The notes: generated by a model not told the origin, from the letters alone. A stretch of DNA of 38,218 nt from an uncultured Chryseobacterium sp. (GCA_964418285.1 CAYQMC010000003.1:1-38218), one strand, 5' to 3'; positions 8,644 to 17,600 are shown, numbered from the stretch's first letter. Program-made: numbers and translations.

Positions 8644-9962
8644 AGGTGCTCCTGCTCTCCTTCCAACGCACGGGTGACCAGGTTGGTGTTCACGCTCTTG
8701 TTCGTCTTGGCGCCCAGTTCCTTCAAGAGTTCCACTTGGCGCACCAAGTTGCCAGCGCCACTGCTCAACTTGTTCATGGCACCATCGTACGTGTCCTTGG
8801 CTTGTTTTAGCTGGTTACCCACCTTCAACAGGTCATCCGTGAACCCAACGAACTTTTCGTAGAGCTTGCCGGCACGATCAGCGATCTCGATATGGTTCCG
8901 CGCAACGCGTTCGTTCTTCCAGATGCCATGGATGGTGCGTAGGGTGGCCATCAGTGTGGTATGGGTCACCATCACCACTTGACGGTCGTAGGCTTCCTGG
9001 AAGATCTCAGGCCGCTCGCGCAAGGCCAGGAGGAATGCTGGTTCCAACGGTACGAACATGAGCACGAAGTCCACGCTTTGTACGCCATAGAGCTTGGTGT
9101 AGTCTTTTTCGCCTAAGCCTTTCGCGTGTGCCCTCAGGCTTTCCACGTGTTGCTTCATGAGCCGTTGTTTCTCGATCTCGTCGGTGGCAGCGGTGAAGCG
9201 TTCGAAGTGTACCAATGATACCTTGCTATCGATGATCAGGAACTTCTCCTCGGGTAGGAAGATCACCGCATCGGGTCGTTGGCGTGTGCCATCGCTGAGC
9301 GTGGTGCTTTCCTGCATGCTGTATTCCTGCCCCTTCATCAAGCCGGAACCCTCCAGCAATTTGTCCAGGATCATCTCGCCCCATGCCCCTTGTGCCTGTG
9401 TATCGCCCTTCAGCGCCCGTGTCAAGTTGTCCGCATCGGTGCTTAGGCGTTGATTCTGTTCCACCAGTTTGGCGATCTCACTTTTCAGCAAGTGCCTTTC
9501 ACGCCCTTCGTTGTCGTAGGCCTTGCGCACCTGGTCCTCGAAATCCTTGATGCGCTCCTGCAACGGTTTCAGGATCATGCCGAGCTTTTCCTGCTGCTGT
9601 TCGTTGAGTTCCTTTCCACGCTGGGATAGCAGACGGTTCGCAATGTTCTCGAACTCTGTGGTCATGCGGACCTGGAGTTGTTCCAACTCGGCTTTTTGTT
9701 CCTCCAAACGCGCTTGGAGGCCACGCCCACGTTCCTTTTCGGTGGCCAATGCTGCATTCAATTGCAGCACGGTACTGTTCAGTTCTTCGGCAGTTCTTCG
9801 GTGATCGCTGATCCGTTGCTCCAGGTCCAGCTTGTCCTGCGCATGCTGTTGATGCGATCGCTCAAGCTTGGCAGCATCACGACCGCGGGACCACAGGGCA
9901 TGGGCCACGGCTCCTGCGATGGTGCCGAGCAAGAGTCCGAGAAGTAGGCTGGTCAGGTCCAT
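8640..9962 (-). CDS. rmuC: DNA recombination protein RmuC
   Basis: Start taken at the internal ATG (aa 42 of track ORF 8640..10085), giving MDLTSLLLGLLLGTIAGAVAHALW (TM helix). A long coiled coil follows, then an RmuC nuclease-like core RPDAVIFLPEEKFLIIDSKVSL. Confidence 0.85.
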   Translation of the reverse strand: MDLTSLLLGLLLGTIAGAVAHALWSRGRDAAKLERSHQQHAQDKLDLEQRISDHRRTAEELNSTVLQLNAALATEKERGRGLQARLEEQKAELEQLQVRMTTEFENIANRLLSQRGKELNEQQQEKLGMILKPLQERIKDFEDQVRKAYDNEGRERHLLKSEIAKLVEQNQRLSTDADNLTRALKGDTQAQGAWGEMILDKLLEGSGLMKGQEYSMQESTTLSDGTRQRPDAVIFLPEEKFLIIDSKVSLVHFERFTAATDEIEKQRLMKQHVESLRAHAKGLGEKDYTKLYGVQSVDFVLMFVPLEPAFLLALRERPEIFQEAYDRQVVMVTHTTLMATLRTIHGIWKNERVARNHIEIADRAGKLYEKFVGFTDDLLKVGNQLKQAKDTYDGAMNKLSSGAGNLVRQVELLKELGAKTNKSVNTNLVTRALEGEQEHL

Positions 9963-9973
9963 TTCGCTATTGG

Positions 9974-9981
9974 CAAAGGTA
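9974..9981 (-). promoter_or_regulatory. Bacteroidota -7 box TACCTTTG (TAnnTTTG), ending 11 nt before the rmuC ATG
   Basis: Plus strand reads caaaggta in the 38-nt gap between the L,D-transpeptidase stop (10001) and the rmuC start (9962). No -33 TTTG seen. Confidence 0.35.
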
Positions 9982-10000
9982 GCGGCTGGGCCGCGTGCTT

Positions 10001-10627
10001 TCAGTTGTCCAACACCACCACCAACGCTCCTATGGGCACTTGATCGAACAGCGTGATCACATCGGAGTTCAGCATTCGTATGCATCCCATGGATGATGGA
10101 CTTCCGATGCTGCGCTCATTTGCTGTTCCATGGATGTAGATGAAGCGGTCATGGCTGTCGACATCACCGCCTTGGTTGTGTCCCGGTTCCAGTCCTTCCA
10201 GCCACAATACACGCGAGGTGATGCGATCCTGGTCCGAGCCACGGGGATCCGGGACGGCCAGTTCGCCAGTAAAGACCCGGTCCTTCAGGATCCCGAAGGG
10301 CGGTACATCGTGGCCCACCTTCTCACTGATCCGGTGAAGGCCCGTAGGCGTTCGGTAGGTGTCTCGAAGGGTGCCCAAACCCCTGCTGGCCGTGGCTATG
10401 GGATACTCCGCCAGCAAACGACGTCGATGGACATGGTACATCGCCTGCCGATGAACGCTTACATAGAGCACATGCCCGTCAAGGTCGGCATCCCGGTAGC
10501 GCACAGCCAGGTACTCCAGCAGCATGTCCGCCAGTCCCTGCCCAGGGTGGTCGGAGACCGCCACGGAATCGCGGTGGGCCTGGGCTTCCAAGGAGAATAT
10601 CAGCAGCATGGACAGAAGTACACGCAT
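10001..10627 (-). CDS. L,D-transpeptidase (YkuD family), secreted
   Basis: Signal peptide MRVLLSMLLIFSLEAQA from the internal ATG (aa 12 of track ORF). The longer form begins with TTG at 10660. Catalytic motif IYIHGTANERSIGSPSSMGCIRM. Confidence 0.8.
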   Translation of the reverse strand: MRVLLSMLLIFSLEAQAHRDSVAVSDHPGQGLADMLLEYLAVRYRDADLDGHVLYVSVHRQAMYHVHRRRLLAEYPIATASRGLGTLRDTYRTPTGLHRISEKVGHDVPPFGILKDRVFTGELAVPDPRGSDQDRITSRVLWLEGLEPGHNQGGDVDSHDRFIYIHGTANERSIGSPSSMGCIRMLNSDVITLFDQVPIGALVVVLDN

Positions 10628-10754
10628 GCCCTCAAAGATATCCGCACTCGGGGATGGCAATTGCGCTGGTCCATGCCATTCTTACCCGCAAAGGGTTATT
10701 GTGGGCCTCTTTCGTTCTTGTTCGCACCGCGAATACCATTTTCGTACAAGTCCA

Positions 10755-12488
10755 TCAGAAGAGTGATATGAACCCGAAGTGGACCTTGCCGCCCCGCAGG
10801 AGTATCGGTGCTCCGAACTGACTACCCAAGGCGTAGGTAATGCTGAACAGCCCCGCCTTTGTTTCAAAGGTCGTTCCTGCCCCGAAGCCCAGTGGAGTGT
10901 CCTTGACCAAGCTTTCCTGGGCACCATCTTCCCACCAACCTTGGTCCACGAAAACAAAGAAGTTCGCGTTCTCCTCGTACACAAAGCGGTATTCCACCGT
11001 GCCAATGGCATAGGCCGAAGCCAGTATCGAGGCTTCGTCGGCGCCTCGCAGGGTGCGTAGACCTCCGATGCGGTAGAGTTCGTTGCGGTAAAGGTCATCG
11101 TTCACCATCCACCCACCCTGGGCTACGAAACGGAACGTGCTTCGCCTCCGCAATGGAACGTGGCCGATCGCTTTTCCGGTCAACTCATATTGTATCGAGC
11201 GCTGCTCTGGTACCTGCAGGCCCGGTTCGCTACCTGGCGGTTGCAGAACAGCAGTGGAACTGCGCTTTCGGCCGACAGATGCTTCCAACTCAAGGCTGTG
11301 GCCACGCCTTGGGTTGAAGCGGTAGTCGAAGCGCTCCCGCTGCAGGCCGATCCCGTAGCTCAGGATGTTCACATCGGCCAGGCCGGGTTGTGTCACAAGG
11401 TTGGAGCCCAGTCGGTTGGTGCCTTTGCTGTTGATGAACAGGCTCACCTTGTCTCCTTGGGCGAGCAGGTAGTCAAGTCCACCCCGGGCATTCACCTCCA
11501 AGAAGGTGGTGTCGCGGCGGAAGAGACGCAGGTTGGCATCCACTCCGAAGGGGGTGTTGAACGCGAATGGCAGGTTGAAGCCCAGGCGAAGGTCCTGGGT
11601 CTGGTCCTGCAAGCGTCGCCAATTGAGCGCGATCGCCTCACCGCGCCGCAAGGCATTGCGCAAGCGCAGGTCCAGGTCGCCTGTGAAGCCCACCTGCCCT
11701 GTGACCGGGTCTGGCTGCAGGCCGATCACTCCATTGATGGAGCTCGCTTTCTTGTGGTCGAGGAACAGGAAGAGCTTGGTCTGGTCCGGAGTGAATTGCA
11801 CATACGGGCGTTGGCGTTGGGTCACGAAGGACAGTTCGCGGATGCGGCGCTCCACGGCCAGGACCATACTTTCGTTGTAAAGGTCGCCCGGCTTCACGCC
11901 GATGTAGGCCTGGAGGTAACGTAGGTTGGTGCGTGCATCACCCCGCACCAGCACGCTGTCGAACCGTATGAGCGGACCTTGGTCCATGCGCAGCACTGCG
12001 TGCAGCCCGTCATCGGAATGGTCCAAGCTGTCAAGCCACACCCGTGCGAATGGGTGACCGTTGTTCTCCCGTTCACGGAGCAGTTCCTTCATCAGTCTCC
12101 CCAGCTGTTGTGGCGACACCGGCCTGCCGAGTTGGAGTTTTTCCTTGAATCGTACAGCACTGGTGATCTCCTTGGGGATACCGCCGGCGGAAAGTTTGGC
12201 CCAGCGATATTCCCGCCCCAGCACAAGGGGGCAGGTACTGCCGATGCTATCGGTGGTACACGTGTCTACGAACGCTTCAAGATAACCCTGGGCGTGTAGG
12301 ACCGCCAGTTGCGTGGCTATGGCATTGGGCAATTGCTGCACACTGCCCACCTCTATGTTGCGCAACCATTTGGTCGGGATCTGCTCGGTGCTGGTGAAAC
12401 GCACTTTGTGGGGTTGGGCGAACGATCGCTGTCCGTGCACCAGGGCGCACAGCAACACGAATAGGAGCGATATCCGCCTGGCGGTCAT
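10755..12488 (-). CDS. BamA/TamA (Omp85) family outer-membrane beta-barrel with POTRA-like N-terminal region
   Basis: 577 aa. Signal peptide MTARRISLLFVLLCALVHGQRSFAQ. C-terminal half alternates in beta-strand fashion and ends ...HFGFISLF (terminal Phe). Start overlaps the ung stop as ATGA. Confidence 0.7.
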   Translation of the reverse strand: MTARRISLLFVLLCALVHGQRSFAQPHKVRFTSTEQIPTKWLRNIEVGSVQQLPNAIATQLAVLHAQGYLEAFVDTCTTDSIGSTCPLVLGREYRWAKLSAGGIPKEITSAVRFKEKLQLGRPVSPQQLGRLMKELLRERENNGHPFARVWLDSLDHSDDGLHAVLRMDQGPLIRFDSVLVRGDARTNLRYLQAYIGVKPGDLYNESMVLAVERRIRELSFVTQRQRPYVQFTPDQTKLFLFLDHKKASSINGVIGLQPDPVTGQVGFTGDLDLRLRNALRRGEAIALNWRRLQDQTQDLRLGFNLPFAFNTPFGVDANLRLFRRDTTFLEVNARGGLDYLLAQGDKVSLFINSKGTNRLGSNLVTQPGLADVNILSYGIGLQRERFDYRFNPRRGHSLELEASVGRKRSSTAVLQPPGSEPGLQVPEQRSIQYELTGKAIGHVPLRRRSTFRFVAQGGWMVNDDLYRNELYRIGGLRTLRGADEASILASAYAIGTVEYRFVYEENANFFVFVDQGWWEDGAQESLVKDTPLGFGAGTTFETKAGLFSITYALGSQFGAPILLRGGKVHFGFISLF

Positions 12489-13189
12489 CCTGGGTTCCAG
12501 TCGATGGGTGGGCGGCCTTGGGCTTGAAGTATATCATTGACCTGACCGAAGTGTCCGCAGCCGATGAACCCCCTGTGGGCCGATAAGGGAGATGGGTGAG
12601 GGGCTTTCAGTACGTAGTGTCGATCGGTATCGATCAGTGGTTCCTTGTTCTGAGCGAAACGTCCCCAAAGCAAGAAGATGAGCCCCTTATGCCGGGTGCT
12701 GAGCTGTCGTATGATCGCATCGGTGAAGCGTTCCCAACCCTTTCCTTGGTGGGAGCCCGCTTCATTGGCGCGAACGGTCAAGGTGGCATTCAAAAGCAAC
12801 ACGCCTTGGTCGGCCCAACGGGAAAGGTCCCCATGGGCCGGAATGGGCAGATGCAGGTCACGGTCCAATTCCTTGAAGATGTTCAGGAGCGAGGGTGGTA
12901 GCGGCACTCCACGAGGTACCGAGAAGCAAAGTCCATGGGCCTGTCCGGGACCGTGGTAGGGGTCCTGGCCGAGAACCACCACGCGTACCTGCTGAAACGG
13001 CGTACGCTTGAAGGCAGCGAAGATGTCGTGGCCTTTTGGGTAAATGGTTTCGTGTGCACGCTCCTTCAACAGAAAATCTTTCAACGCGGCGAAATAGGGC
13101 GAACGGAACTCTTCCTCGAGCTGCGCATACCAGCCGTCCCCCATGTCGGGCAAGGATTTCTTCACTGGATTCCCACCGCTATCGTCCAT
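12485..13189 (-). CDS. ung: Uracil-DNA glycosylase, family 1
   Basis: Motifs VVVLGQDPYHGPGQAHGLCFSV, LLLNATLTV and HPSPLSA. An alternative ATG lies at 13144. Confidence 0.9.
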   Translation of the reverse strand: MDDSGGNPVKKSLPDMGDGWYAQLEEEFRSPYFAALKDFLLKERAHETIYPKGHDIFAAFKRTPFQQVRVVVLGQDPYHGPGQAHGLCFSVPRGVPLPPSLLNIFKELDRDLHLPIPAHGDLSRWADQGVLLLNATLTVRANEAGSHQGKGWERFTDAIIRQLSTRHKGLIFLLWGRFAQNKEPLIDTDRHYVLKAPHPSPLSAHRGFIGCGHFGQVNDILQAQGRPPIDWNPG

Positions 13190-13252
13190 TGCTCCCGAAA
13201 GATCGACAAACCCCCTGTTGAAACATTTTTATGGGCCATCCGTTACGAAGGG

Positions 13253-13260
13253 TAACTTTG
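13253..13260 (+). promoter_or_regulatory. -7 box TAACTTTG upstream of the tiny lipoprotein gene
   Basis: TAnnTTTG match 55 nt upstream of ATG 13316. A partial -33 (TTTA instead of TTTG) lies 21 nt upstream. Confidence 0.35.
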
Positions 13261-13315
13261 GCATTCTGTGAATGCCGTTGAAAGCATCCTCAACCGGGAA
13301 ATAAACGAACGAACG

Positions 13316-13444
13316 ATGAAAAAGGTACTTCTCATCCTGGCGGCTGTGGTCGTTTCGAGTGTCGTGCTCAGTTCCTGTGGCTCGCACTCCTCCTGCCCGG
13401 CCTACGGAAAGGTGAACAATGTTCCCGTCGAGGCCCGCTCCTAA
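13316..13444 (+). CDS. Tiny lipoprotein (42 aa)
   Basis: Below the track size cut-off. MKKVLLILAAVVVSSVVLSSCGSHSSCPAYGKVNNVPVEARS has a lipobox (LSSC). It is preceded by a -7 box and CGAACGAACG|ATG, and followed by a hairpin terminator. Confidence 0.5.
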   Translation: MKKVLLILAAVVVSSVVLSSCGSHSSCPAYGKVNNVPVEARS

Positions 13445-13467
13445 GTCCTTCACTCCGAATGCGTTGT

Positions 13468-13498
13468 AGCCCAGGTCGAAAGCCTGGGCTTTCTGCTT
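13468..13498 (+). terminator. Rho-independent terminator after the tiny lipoprotein gene
   Basis: 8-bp stem AGCCCAGG/CCTGGGCT (13468..13475 and 13483..13490), 7-nt loop, then TTCTGCTT. Sits between convergent genes. Confidence 0.55.
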
Positions 13499-13511
13499 GG
13501 CGGGTATGCCA

Positions 13512-13919
13512 TCACACAAAGAGGAAGGAGATATCCTGGTCAAGTTCGCTGGCAAGGCTCAGGGCCACCGGGCAGGTCCTTCCGCTATGTTCAAGTAGGG
13601 ATCTCCACCGCTCGTTGAGGCCCTCCACGGCCACCTCCAGCTGCACCTCTACGCGCTCCACCCGGCGTGGGTTCGCGGCCATGTGCTTCACCACGCGTGC
13701 CTCGATACGCTGTATCGGAATGCCATGGCCCTGAGCGCTGATGCCCATGGTGGTGATCATGCAGGTGGCCAGGGCTGTACACAGGAGGTCCGTAGGTGAG
13801 AAGGCCTCGCCCTTTCCCTGGTTATCCACGGGGGCGTCCGTAACGATGCGTTGCCCACTGCGCGGGTGGGTGGCCTCGGTGCGGAGTTCGCCGAGGTAAA
13901 TGATCCTTGCTGTGTCCAT
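13512..13919 (-). CDS. OsmC/Ohr family peroxiredoxin-like protein
   Basis: 135 aa. GEAFSPTDLLCTALATCMITTMG and a second Cys in SGRTCPVALSL. Confidence 0.85.
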   Translation of the reverse strand: MDTARIIYLGELRTEATHPRSGQRIVTDAPVDNQGKGEAFSPTDLLCTALATCMITTMGISAQGHGIPIQRIEARVVKHMAANPRRVERVEVQLEVAVEGLNERWRSLLEHSGRTCPVALSLASELDQDISFLFV

Positions 13920-13965
13920 GGTTGTTATGGGTACGAACGAGCGACAAGGTAACGTTGGCCTATCG

Positions 13966-13973
13966 TAGCTTTG
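13966..13973 (+). promoter_or_regulatory. -7 box TAGCTTTG ending 11 nt before ATG 13985
   Basis: Exact TAnnTTTG match in the 65-nt divergent gap between OsmC and the secreted hypothetical. Confidence 0.35.
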
Positions 13974-13984
13974 TTCTCCGTCGC

Positions 13985-14737
13985 ATGCGCCTCCTGTTGT
14001 CCATGATACCGCTGCTGATCACCCTGGCACCCTGCTGGGCGCAACAGACGATCTATGACGAGACGCGTGTACTTTACCGCAAGGAGCTTCTCGGGGGCAT
14101 CATGATCCATGGCGATGGCTGGGGCCTGAACTTTTACCATGGCAAGCACACCACAGCCAAGGACCGGCGGATGTTGGGGGTGGAGATCGCCAGTATGAAG
14201 CACCCCAAGGAGATCAAGAGCTTCAATCCATTCTATGAGGACTCGCGCGGCTATTTCTACGGAAAGCAGAACACCATGCTTGTGCTGCGGCCCACCTTCG
14301 GCGGCAAGCACCAGATCGCAGACAAGATCCGGCGCAGCGGAGTGGAGGTGAACTACGTATGGGGCATCGGTCCCTCGCTGGCCTTCGTGAAGCCGGTGTA
14401 CCTGCAGATCGGCAAGCCCGACAACTTCCCCTATGAGATCATCGTAACGGAGCGTTACGATCCGGCCCTCCACGACATCCAGAACATCTTTGGGCGGGCT
14501 TCGTGGTTCAATGGCTTCGGAGAAATGCGCATCTATCCGGGTGGCTTCGGTCGCTTCGGATTCAACTTCGAGCACAGCGGGCAGGCATCGGGCATCAAAT
14601 CCATCGAAGTTGGCGCCAGCATGGACGCCTACCCTGTGGTCATCCCCATCATGGCCGAACTGGAGGACGTGAAGAACAAGCAGTTCTTCTTCCAATTCTA
14701 CCTCGCCCTCCAGTTCGGCAAGAAATACACGCAATGA
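13985..14737 (+). CDS. Secreted hypothetical protein (250 aa), possibly a small beta-barrel
   Basis: Internal ATG (aa 27 of track ORF) gives signal peptide [21 protein letters not shown]. Rich in Gly and aromatic residues ([26 protein letters not shown]). Stop overlaps the lipA start as ATGA. The antisense ORF 13925..14734 looks like a shadow ORF. Confidence 0.65.
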   Translation: MRLLLSMIPLLITLAPCWAQQTIYDETRVLYRKELLGGIMIHGDGWGLNFYHGKHTTAKDRRMLGVEIASMKHPKEIKSFNPFYEDSRGYFYGKQNTMLVLRPTFGGKHQIADKIRRSGVEVNYVWGIGPSLAFVKPVYLQIGKPDNFPYEIIVTERYDPALHDIQNIFGRASWFNGFGEMRIYPGGFGRFGFNFEHSGQASGIKSIEVGASMDAYPVVIPIMAELEDVKNKQFFFQFYLALQFGKKYTQ

Positions 14738-15612
14738 GCGATCAAGTGACCGTGGCAGTGGCCGAGGGGGAGCGCACCAGAAAACCGGCCTGGCTGAGGG
14801 TCAAGCTTCCTACTGGTGCGGAATTCCGCAAGGTGGCCTCCATCGTTGGTGAGCATAAGCTTCACACCATCTGTCAAAGTGGAAACTGCCCGAACATGGG
14901 CGAATGCTGGGGAGCTGGAACGGCCACTTTCATGATCCTGGGCAATGTATGTACACGTAGCTGTGGCTTCTGTGCTGTAGCTACTGGCCGGCCTGAGAAT
15001 GTGGATCCTTTCGAACCTGCTCGCGTAGCCCGCAGCGTGGAATTGATGGGCGTGAAGCACTGCGTGATCACCAGCGTTGATCGCGACGACCTCAAGGACG
15101 GCGGCAGCGATATTTGGGCCAAGACCATCCGTGCCATCCGCCGTCGCAGCCCAGGCACCACGATGGAAACGCTCATTCCCGATTTCCAAGGCAAGTGGGA
15201 GAACCTCGCTGTGGTGGTGGAAGCCGCGCCGGAGATCCTCAGCCATAATCTCGAAACAGTCCGCCGCCTGACCAAGGAAGTACGGATCCAGGCCAAGTAC
15301 GACCGCAGTTTGGAGGTGCTAATGCGGTCCAAGCGCGCTGGTTTGCGCACCAAGAGCGGCGTGATGCTTGGCCTTGGGGAGAGCGAACAGGAGGTGCTCG
15401 AGACCATGGACGACCTGCTCAGTGTGGGCGTGGACATCCTTACCCTGGGCCAGTATCTGCAGCCCACCAAAGCCCATCTGCCTGTGGCTGAATTCGTACA
15501 CCCGGATACCTTCGCGAAGTACAAGGCCATCGGGCTGGAGAAAGGCTTCCGCTATGTGGAAAGCGGCCCTTTGGTACGGAGTAGCTACCACGCCGAAAAA
15601 CACATGTTTTGA
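14734..15612 (+). CDS. lipA: Lipoyl synthase
   Basis: Start at the internal ATG (aa 78 of track ORF), MSDQVTV.... Auxiliary cluster [13 protein letters not shown], radical-SAM motif [11 protein letters not shown]-terminal VRSSYHA. Confidence 0.95.
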   Translation: MSDQVTVAVAEGERTRKPAWLRVKLPTGAEFRKVASIVGEHKLHTICQSGNCPNMGECWGAGTATFMILGNVCTRSCGFCAVATGRPENVDPFEPARVARSVELMGVKHCVITSVDRDDLKDGGSDIWAKTIRAIRRRSPGTTMETLIPDFQGKWENLAVVVEAAPEILSHNLETVRRLTKEVRIQAKYDRSLEVLMRSKRAGLRTKSGVMLGLGESEQEVLETMDDLLSVGVDILTLGQYLQPTKAHLPVAEFVHPDTFAKYKAIGLEKGFRYVESGPLVRSSYHAEKHMF

Positions 15613-15684
15613 TCGTCGGGGCGTTGATCTGCCTGCGGCGACCAGCGTGAAAGAACGGCTACAAGCACCGCACGAACAGCCAAC

Positions 15685-15698
15685 ATCGAACAACGAAC
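15685..15698 (+). promoter_or_regulatory. Leader element ATCGAACAACGAAC abutting the gap ATG
   Basis: Identical 14-mer to the rlmB leader. A related CGAACAGCCAAC lies at 15673..15684. Confidence 0.35.
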
Positions 15699-16691
15699 AT
15701 GCGCATCGCTATCAACGGTTTCGGCCGCATCGGACGAGTCACCGCTCGCATCCTGCTCCAACGCAAGGACATCGAGCTGGTGGCAGTCAATGACCTGACG
15801 GACAACCGTACGCTGGCCCACCTGTTCAAGTACGATTCGGTGCATGGTGTCTTTCCCGGGGAGGTCTCCTACGATACAGAGGATCTGGTCCTTGGCGGTC
15901 GCACCGTGAAAGCCTTTGCCGAACGCGACCCGGCCGAATTGCCCTGGAAGGAATTGGGCATCGACGTCGTGATCGAGTGCACCGGCCTGTTCCGGGATCG
16001 GGCTTCGGCTTCCGGGCATCTCAAGGCCGGTGCCCGCAAGGTCATCATCAGTGCTCCCGCGAAGGACAAGGACATCAAGAGCGTTGTGTTGGGCGTCAAC
16101 GATGATATTCTCGATGGCAGCGAGGACATCATCAGCAATGCGAGTTGCACGACCAATTGCGCTGCACCCATGGTACAGGTGATCAACGAACTGTGTGGGA
16201 TCGAAAGCGGCTACATCACTACGGTACATAGCTACACAGGCGATCAGCGCCTGCATGATGCACCGCACAGCGATCTGCGCCGCGCAAGAGCCGCGGCGGT
16301 CTCCATGGTGCCTACCACTACCGGAGCGGCCAAGGCCATCACGCGGATCTTTCCGGACCTCGAGGGACGTCTAGGCGGTTGCGGCATCCGGGTCCCGGTG
16401 CCCGACGGCTCCATCACGGACATCACCTGCCACGTGCGTAACGTGTTGGATGCCGAAGCGATCAACGGCCGTTTCAAGGAGTTGTGCGAAGGCAGGTGGA
16501 AAGGGATCGTGCGCTACACCGAGGACCCCATCGTAAGTGTGGACATCGTGGGTGACCCGCACAGCTGTACCCTGGATGGTCTTCTCACCAGCGTGGTGGG
16601 CAACAGCGTAAAGGTGATGGGTTGGTACGATAATGAGTACGGGTATAGCTCGAGGTTGGTGGATCTGGTGGCCTTGCTTGGCCGGGAATAA
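15699..16691 (+). CDS. gap: Type I glyceraldehyde-3-phosphate dehydrogenase
   Basis: MRIAINGFGRIGR, active site SNASCTTNC, WYDNEYGYS. Confidence 0.95.
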   Translation: MRIAINGFGRIGRVTARILLQRKDIELVAVNDLTDNRTLAHLFKYDSVHGVFPGEVSYDTEDLVLGGRTVKAFAERDPAELPWKELGIDVVIECTGLFRDRASASGHLKAGARKVIISAPAKDKDIKSVVLGVNDDILDGSEDIISNASCTTNCAAPMVQVINELCGIESGYITTVHSYTGDQRLHDAPHSDLRRARAAAVSMVPTTTGAAKAITRIFPDLEGRLGGCGIRVPVPDGSITDITCHVRNVLDAEAINGRFKELCEGRWKGIVRYTEDPIVSVDIVGDPHSCTLDGLLTSVVGNSVKVMGWYDNEYGYSSRLVDLVALLGRE

Positions 16692-16781
16692 GGGGTAGTT
16701 GGCAGGCCCAAGAGCAAGTGCTTCTCCTTGGAACAAGCGTTTTGCGAAGTCAATAGAGGGTGCTCGCTCCTGACTTGCCTC

Positions 16782-17582
16782 CTACACAGCAGGTCCTCCC
16801 GATATCCGCACATCCACATTCAACCCCCCATCGCTCATCCGTTTCAACAGCTTCAGCTCGCTGCCGTCGAAACTGGCGTAGGTGAAGTAGCTGATCCAGT
16901 CGCCGAGGTTGATGTAGCGGCTGTTGGCACCCACTAGCATGTCGATCGGCAGGTGGCGATGTCCAAAGATCATGTAGTCGTAGTGCTGCTTCTTCAGCTC
17001 CTCCTTGCAGTACTGAACCAGCCATTCCTTGTCGGCCCCTAACCACTTGCGGTCGTTCTCGTAGCTCCTTTTCCGGCTGCGTCCGCTCCAGAAATCGCCC
17101 AGCCATAGCCCGAAGTTGGGGTGAAGACGCGCGAAGAGCCATTGGCATACCCGGTTGCGGAACACCTTCTTCATGAACTTGTAGCCATGGTCGCCTGGAC
17201 CAAGGCCATCGCCATGGCCGATGAGGAAACGTTTGCCAGCGATCTCCCGCACGATGGGTTCTCGGTGTACGATGACGCCCGTTTCGGAAGGCACGTAATC
17301 GAAGATCCACATGTCGTGATTGCCGATGAAGAGATGGACGGGTATGCCTTTGTCGGTAAGCTCCGCCAGCTTGCCGAGCAAGCGCACATGACCACGTGGA
17401 ACAGCACGCTTGTACTCGAACCAGAAGTCGAACAGATCGCCCAACAGCATGATCTCCGCGGCATCCTTGGCGGCCTCGTCCAGGAAGGCGACGATCCGCT
17501 TTTCACGCGCGAGGCTGCTCACTGCATCCGGCACACCGAGGTGGAAGTCACTGAGGAAATGGATCTTTTGACCGGGCTGCAT
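16782..17582 (-). CDS. lpxH: UDP-2,3-diacylglucosamine diphosphatase (LpxH-type metallophosphoesterase)
   Basis: FLSDFHLG, LLGDLFDFWFEYK, IGNHDMW and GHRH motifs. Confidence 0.8.
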   Translation of the reverse strand: MQPGQKIHFLSDFHLGVPDAVSSLAREKRIVAFLDEAAKDAAEIMLLGDLFDFWFEYKRAVPRGHVRLLGKLAELTDKGIPVHLFIGNHDMWIFDYVPSETGVIVHREPIVREIAGKRFLIGHGDGLGPGDHGYKFMKKVFRNRVCQWLFARLHPNFGLWLGDFWSGRSRKRSYENDRKWLGADKEWLVQYCKEELKKQHYDYMIFGHRHLPIDMLVGANSRYINLGDWISYFTYASFDGSELKLLKRMSDGGLNVDVRISGGPAV

Positions 17583-17600
17583 GCTGCGCGAAGGTCGTGA

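Noticed and set aside
8640-9962. RmuC as part of a defence system
   Set aside because: It has the canonical housekeeping architecture (TM helix, coiled coil, nuclease-like core). The neighbouring genes are unrelated to known defence modules.
13925-14734. 269-aa ORF antisense to the secreted hypothetical at 13985..14737
   Set aside because: The plus-strand product has a signal peptide, balanced composition and an ATGA junction with lipA. The minus product looks like shadow sequence.
16706-16744. Possible terminator hairpin between convergent gap and lpxH, and a similar weak hairpin downstream of rlmB near 6507..6530
   Set aside because: Stems are only 4-5 bp with internal mismatches and poor T-tracts, so neither was called as a feature.
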